Origin: Raphidiopsis brookii D9
Lineage (GTDB): Bacteria > Cyanobacteriota > Cyanobacteriia > Cyanobacteriales > Nostocaceae
DNA length: 32,000 bases
Direction of reading: 5' to 3'
Assembly: GCA_000175855.1 (NCBI GenBank)
Contig: ACYB01000029.1
Span: forward strand, 30,001 to 62,000
How positions within the stretch are numbered: the first letter of the stretch is position 1; every line of letters begins with the position of its first letter. The translations under genes and the position numbers were made by a program. Positions 28,456 through 32,000 of the stretch are shown piece by piece. The notes beneath the pieces are model-generated. The model worked only from the letters and a program-made list of their open reading frames with translations, had not been told where the DNA came from and did no database searches.

Positions 28456-30009
28456 TTACCTAAATTTACCACTGATCTGTTGAGCCAAAGGTTGAGTAGC
28501 ATCTACTACCATAATGTAGGGTAGTTCCTCCTCCGTAAATGGTTCGTATTGTGCAACCTGACCTGCTAATAATTCGGGAGTAGCATCAGTAATATCATTG
28601 CTACGGTGTACTATACGTTCTTCTAACACCTCTAGTGGTGCAGTACAGTAAACAATTTTCCCAGGTAGCTGATGTTTATTTGCTTGATCAATTACCTGTT
28701 GACGTAAATGCTTACGATCATATTTAGCATCCAAAATCACAGACCAACCTTGATTAGCCAGTGTAATCCCCAATACTAACAACCGATTATAGGTCTTTTG
28801 AGTCATTTCTGGAGTATATATTTCATTGCTACCCCGCTCCCTGAGAGAAATACCCCCTAGATGTTTTCGCACCGCGTCAGAACGTAAATGAACCGCCCCC
28901 AGTTTAGCAGCTAAATACCTCCCAGTGGTACTTTTGCCAGAACCAGATAAACCAGACATCAATATTAATTGTCCCTGTCTAGCTTGGGTATATTTCCACG
29001 CCTGTTGATAGTATTTTTCAGCTGTTTGGGCCGCGATCGCTCTGGTTTCCGACCCTATAGCTTTATCGTCTAATAAAAATGAATTTACTTTGGCTCTTAC
29101 ATAGGCTTGACGAGTTAAGTATAAAGGTAGTATTTGTAAACCCTCCCAGTCTCCGGTTTCCTCAACATAAGTATTTAAAAAGGTATTTGCTAAATCTTCT
29201 CGACCTTTCGTCTCCAGATCCATGACTGTAAATGCCACATCATACATCACATCCACGAAGCGAAACGTCTCATTAAATTCAATACAGTCAAAAAGAATAA
29301 TTTCTTCATTCCACAGAGCAATATTTGCTAAGTGTAAATCGCCATGACATTCACGGATGCGTTGTTGGGCAACTCTGCTGGCAAATAATTCCGAATACTG
29401 CTGACAAAACTTATCTGTATAGGCTTTAGTTTCTTCAAATCTGGACTGAGTTTGGGGTCCACCACTATATTTTTCAATATATTTTAATGTTTGAATATAA
29501 TTTTCCTCAATAGCTGACCGCACCAAACCTACTTGTCCAAAACCACTAATATAATCATTAGTCAGACATTTAGTGTGATACTCAGCCAGGACCCTTCCTA
29601 GTTCTTGTAGATGGAGCTGATTTAACTTACCTTGGGAGAGCAGTTGACTAAATAAAGCATCTTCAGGAAATTGACGCATTTTCACCGCATACTCCACAAT
29701 TTCACCCTTTCCCCCCAAATGGTATTTTCCACCACTCCAGGTAATGGGTACAACTTGTAGATATAACTTACTGGCACCACGTTGATTTAAGCGTAATTCT
29801 TCCTGACAAAAATGTAAGCGCCTGTCCAGAGTGGAGTAATCTAAAAAACCAAAGTTAACAGATTTCTTCAGCTTATAGACATAATCGCCTGTCAAAACTA
29901 CCCAAGAGACATGAGTTTGAATGACTTGAATAGGTTGGGTTACAGGGTGAGGATAAAATTCCGCCTGTAACATGTGATGAACTAAATTTTCAAGACTTGT
30001 AGTTTCCAT
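28456..30009 (-). CDS. Bifunctional aminoglycoside-phosphotransferase-like / P-loop kinase protein
   Basis: APH-like RIRECHGDLHLANIALWNEEIILFDCIEFNE; C-terminal P-loop LILMSGLSGSGKSTTGRYLAAKLGAVHLRSDAVRKHLGG. Confidence 0.82.
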   Translation of the reverse strand: METTSLENLVHHMLQAEFYPHPVTQPIQVIQTHVSWVVLTGDYVYKLKKSVNFGFLDYSTLDRRLHFCQEELRLNQRGASKLYLQVVPITWSGGKYHLGGKGEIVEYAVKMRQFPEDALFSQLLSQGKLNQLHLQELGRVLAEYHTKCLTNDYISGFGQVGLVRSAIEENYIQTLKYIEKYSGGPQTQSRFEETKAYTDKFCQQYSELFASRVAQQRIRECHGDLHLANIALWNEEIILFDCIEFNETFRFVDVMYDVAFTVMDLETKGREDLANTFLNTYVEETGDWEGLQILPLYLTRQAYVRAKVNSFLLDDKAIGSETRAIAAQTAEKYYQQAWKYTQARQGQLILMSGLSGSGKSTTGRYLAAKLGAVHLRSDAVRKHLGGISLRERGSNEIYTPEMTQKTYNRLLVLGITLANQGWSVILDAKYDRKHLRQQVIDQANKHQLPGKIVYCTAPLEVLEERIVHRSNDITDATPELLAGQVAQYEPFTEEELPYIMVVDATQPLAQQISGKFR

Positions 30010-30039
30010 TGAAATTATAATAATTTAGTTCACTCATTC

Positions 30040-30073
30040 CAAGAATCCCCATCCCTCAGCACGAGGATTCTTG
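30040..30073. terminator. Hairpin downstream of rplY (9-bp perfect outer stem)
   Basis: CAAGAATCC...GGATTCTTG; no poly-U. Confidence 0.4.
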
Positions 30074-30090
30074 CCACTTGGGAAGACCCC

Positions 30091-30387
30091 TTAACTCTTA
30101 GCTGCAAAAAAACTCAAATGATAGGGAGTTCCCTTCGCTGGGTGAACTTGAACTTCCCTCAAAACAGTTTTACCAGTCCATTGGAGATCTGGAATACTCA
30201 GTTCAATTTCCGTCTTATTAGGTGCAGCTTGTTTAAGCAAGCGATCAACTGTTTTAGCTTCCAGAGCCAAGGAAATTGACTCAGTACCGTTATGTCCATA
30301 CAAATTAGCAGGGATCAAACCAGAACGGCGTAAAGCCTTGGGTTTAATGCCTTCTGGACGTTTTTGAGATTCTACTGTCAGTGCCAT
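30091..30387 (-). CDS. rplY: 50S ribosomal protein L25 (short form)
   Basis: 98 aa; [38 protein letters not shown]..., typical L25 start and fold region. Confidence 0.85.
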   Translation of the reverse strand: MALTVESQKRPEGIKPKALRRSGLIPANLYGHNGTESISLALEAKTVDRLLKQAAPNKTEIELSIPDLQWTGKTVLREVQVHPAKGTPYHLSFFAAKS

Positions 30388-30451
30388 ACTAGTTTTAACT
30401 TGTCAATTAGTTATCAGCTATCAATTAATCAGTCACCAATCACCGCTCCAG

Positions 30452-31795
<1,344 letters not shown>

Positions 31796-31885
31796 TTAAA
31801 AGTAAAGTTTTCACAAACAATCATTATCACCAGATTGTTTGGGATTTGTCAAGGGATTTTAGGAACTACTTCATTATATTTTTCA

Positions 31886-32000
31886 TTATATTTGGGTCAA
31901 ACTATATGCCAAAATAGCACTACCAATGGGAACTGTTAAATTATCAATCCCCCAAAAGGAAACGGATTCTAGTAATGCGGCAAGGATAGATACTAGCGCT
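31886..32000 (-). CDS. C-terminal fragment of a membrane protein, possibly the phytol/polyprenol kinase (CTP-dependent) family
   Basis: Reverse-strand reading frame ...ALVSILAALLESVSFWGIDNLTVPIGSAILAYSLTQI*; the ALLES...DNLTVP.... pattern fits the C-terminus of that family. Truncated at the window edge. Confidence 0.5.
   Translation of the reverse strand, partial: ALVSILAALLESVSFWGIDNLTVPIGSAILAYSLTQI

Overview
This window looks like a 32 kb chromosomal segment of a cyanobacterium, probably heterocystous/Nostocales. The taxon is inferred from gene content and from at least 11 copies of the HIP1 octamer GCGATCGC. It is dominated by housekeeping and metabolic genes: valS (partial), an amidase_3 protein, dnaG, the ureE/F/G accessory genes, a C-terminally extended 2Fe-2S ferredoxin, a thermonuclease-like lipoprotein, an inositol monophosphatase, hisZ, a 4Fe-4S ferredoxin, a branched-chain/neutral amino acid ABC ATPase, dcd, sir, an SLH/porin, znuA-C-B, a ferrochelatase-like gene, an MFS transporter, ilvB, a CGLD27-like protein, rsfS, a YdcF-like protein, an APH/P-loop kinase, rplY and purA. 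Three tRNAs (Ser-GGA, Arg-TCT, Phe-GAA) are also present. I found no CRISPR array or intact defence or mobile system. The most interesting points are: (1) a collapsed restriction-modification locus in which a HindVP-like endonuclease fragment is fused in frame to a cytosine methyltransferase that keeps only its first and last motifs; (2) a ferrochelatase-family protein with a genome-encoded His6 C-terminus; (3) a zinc-uptake locus with a near-palindromic Zur-like box between znuA and a divergent porin; (4) a dcd gene split at a 7-nt homopolymer; (5) unusual C-terminal add-ons on Sir (ribbon-helix-helix-like) and IlvB (zinc ribbon); (6) several structured intergenic segments without annotation. 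I cannot claim a demonstrated new biological system.
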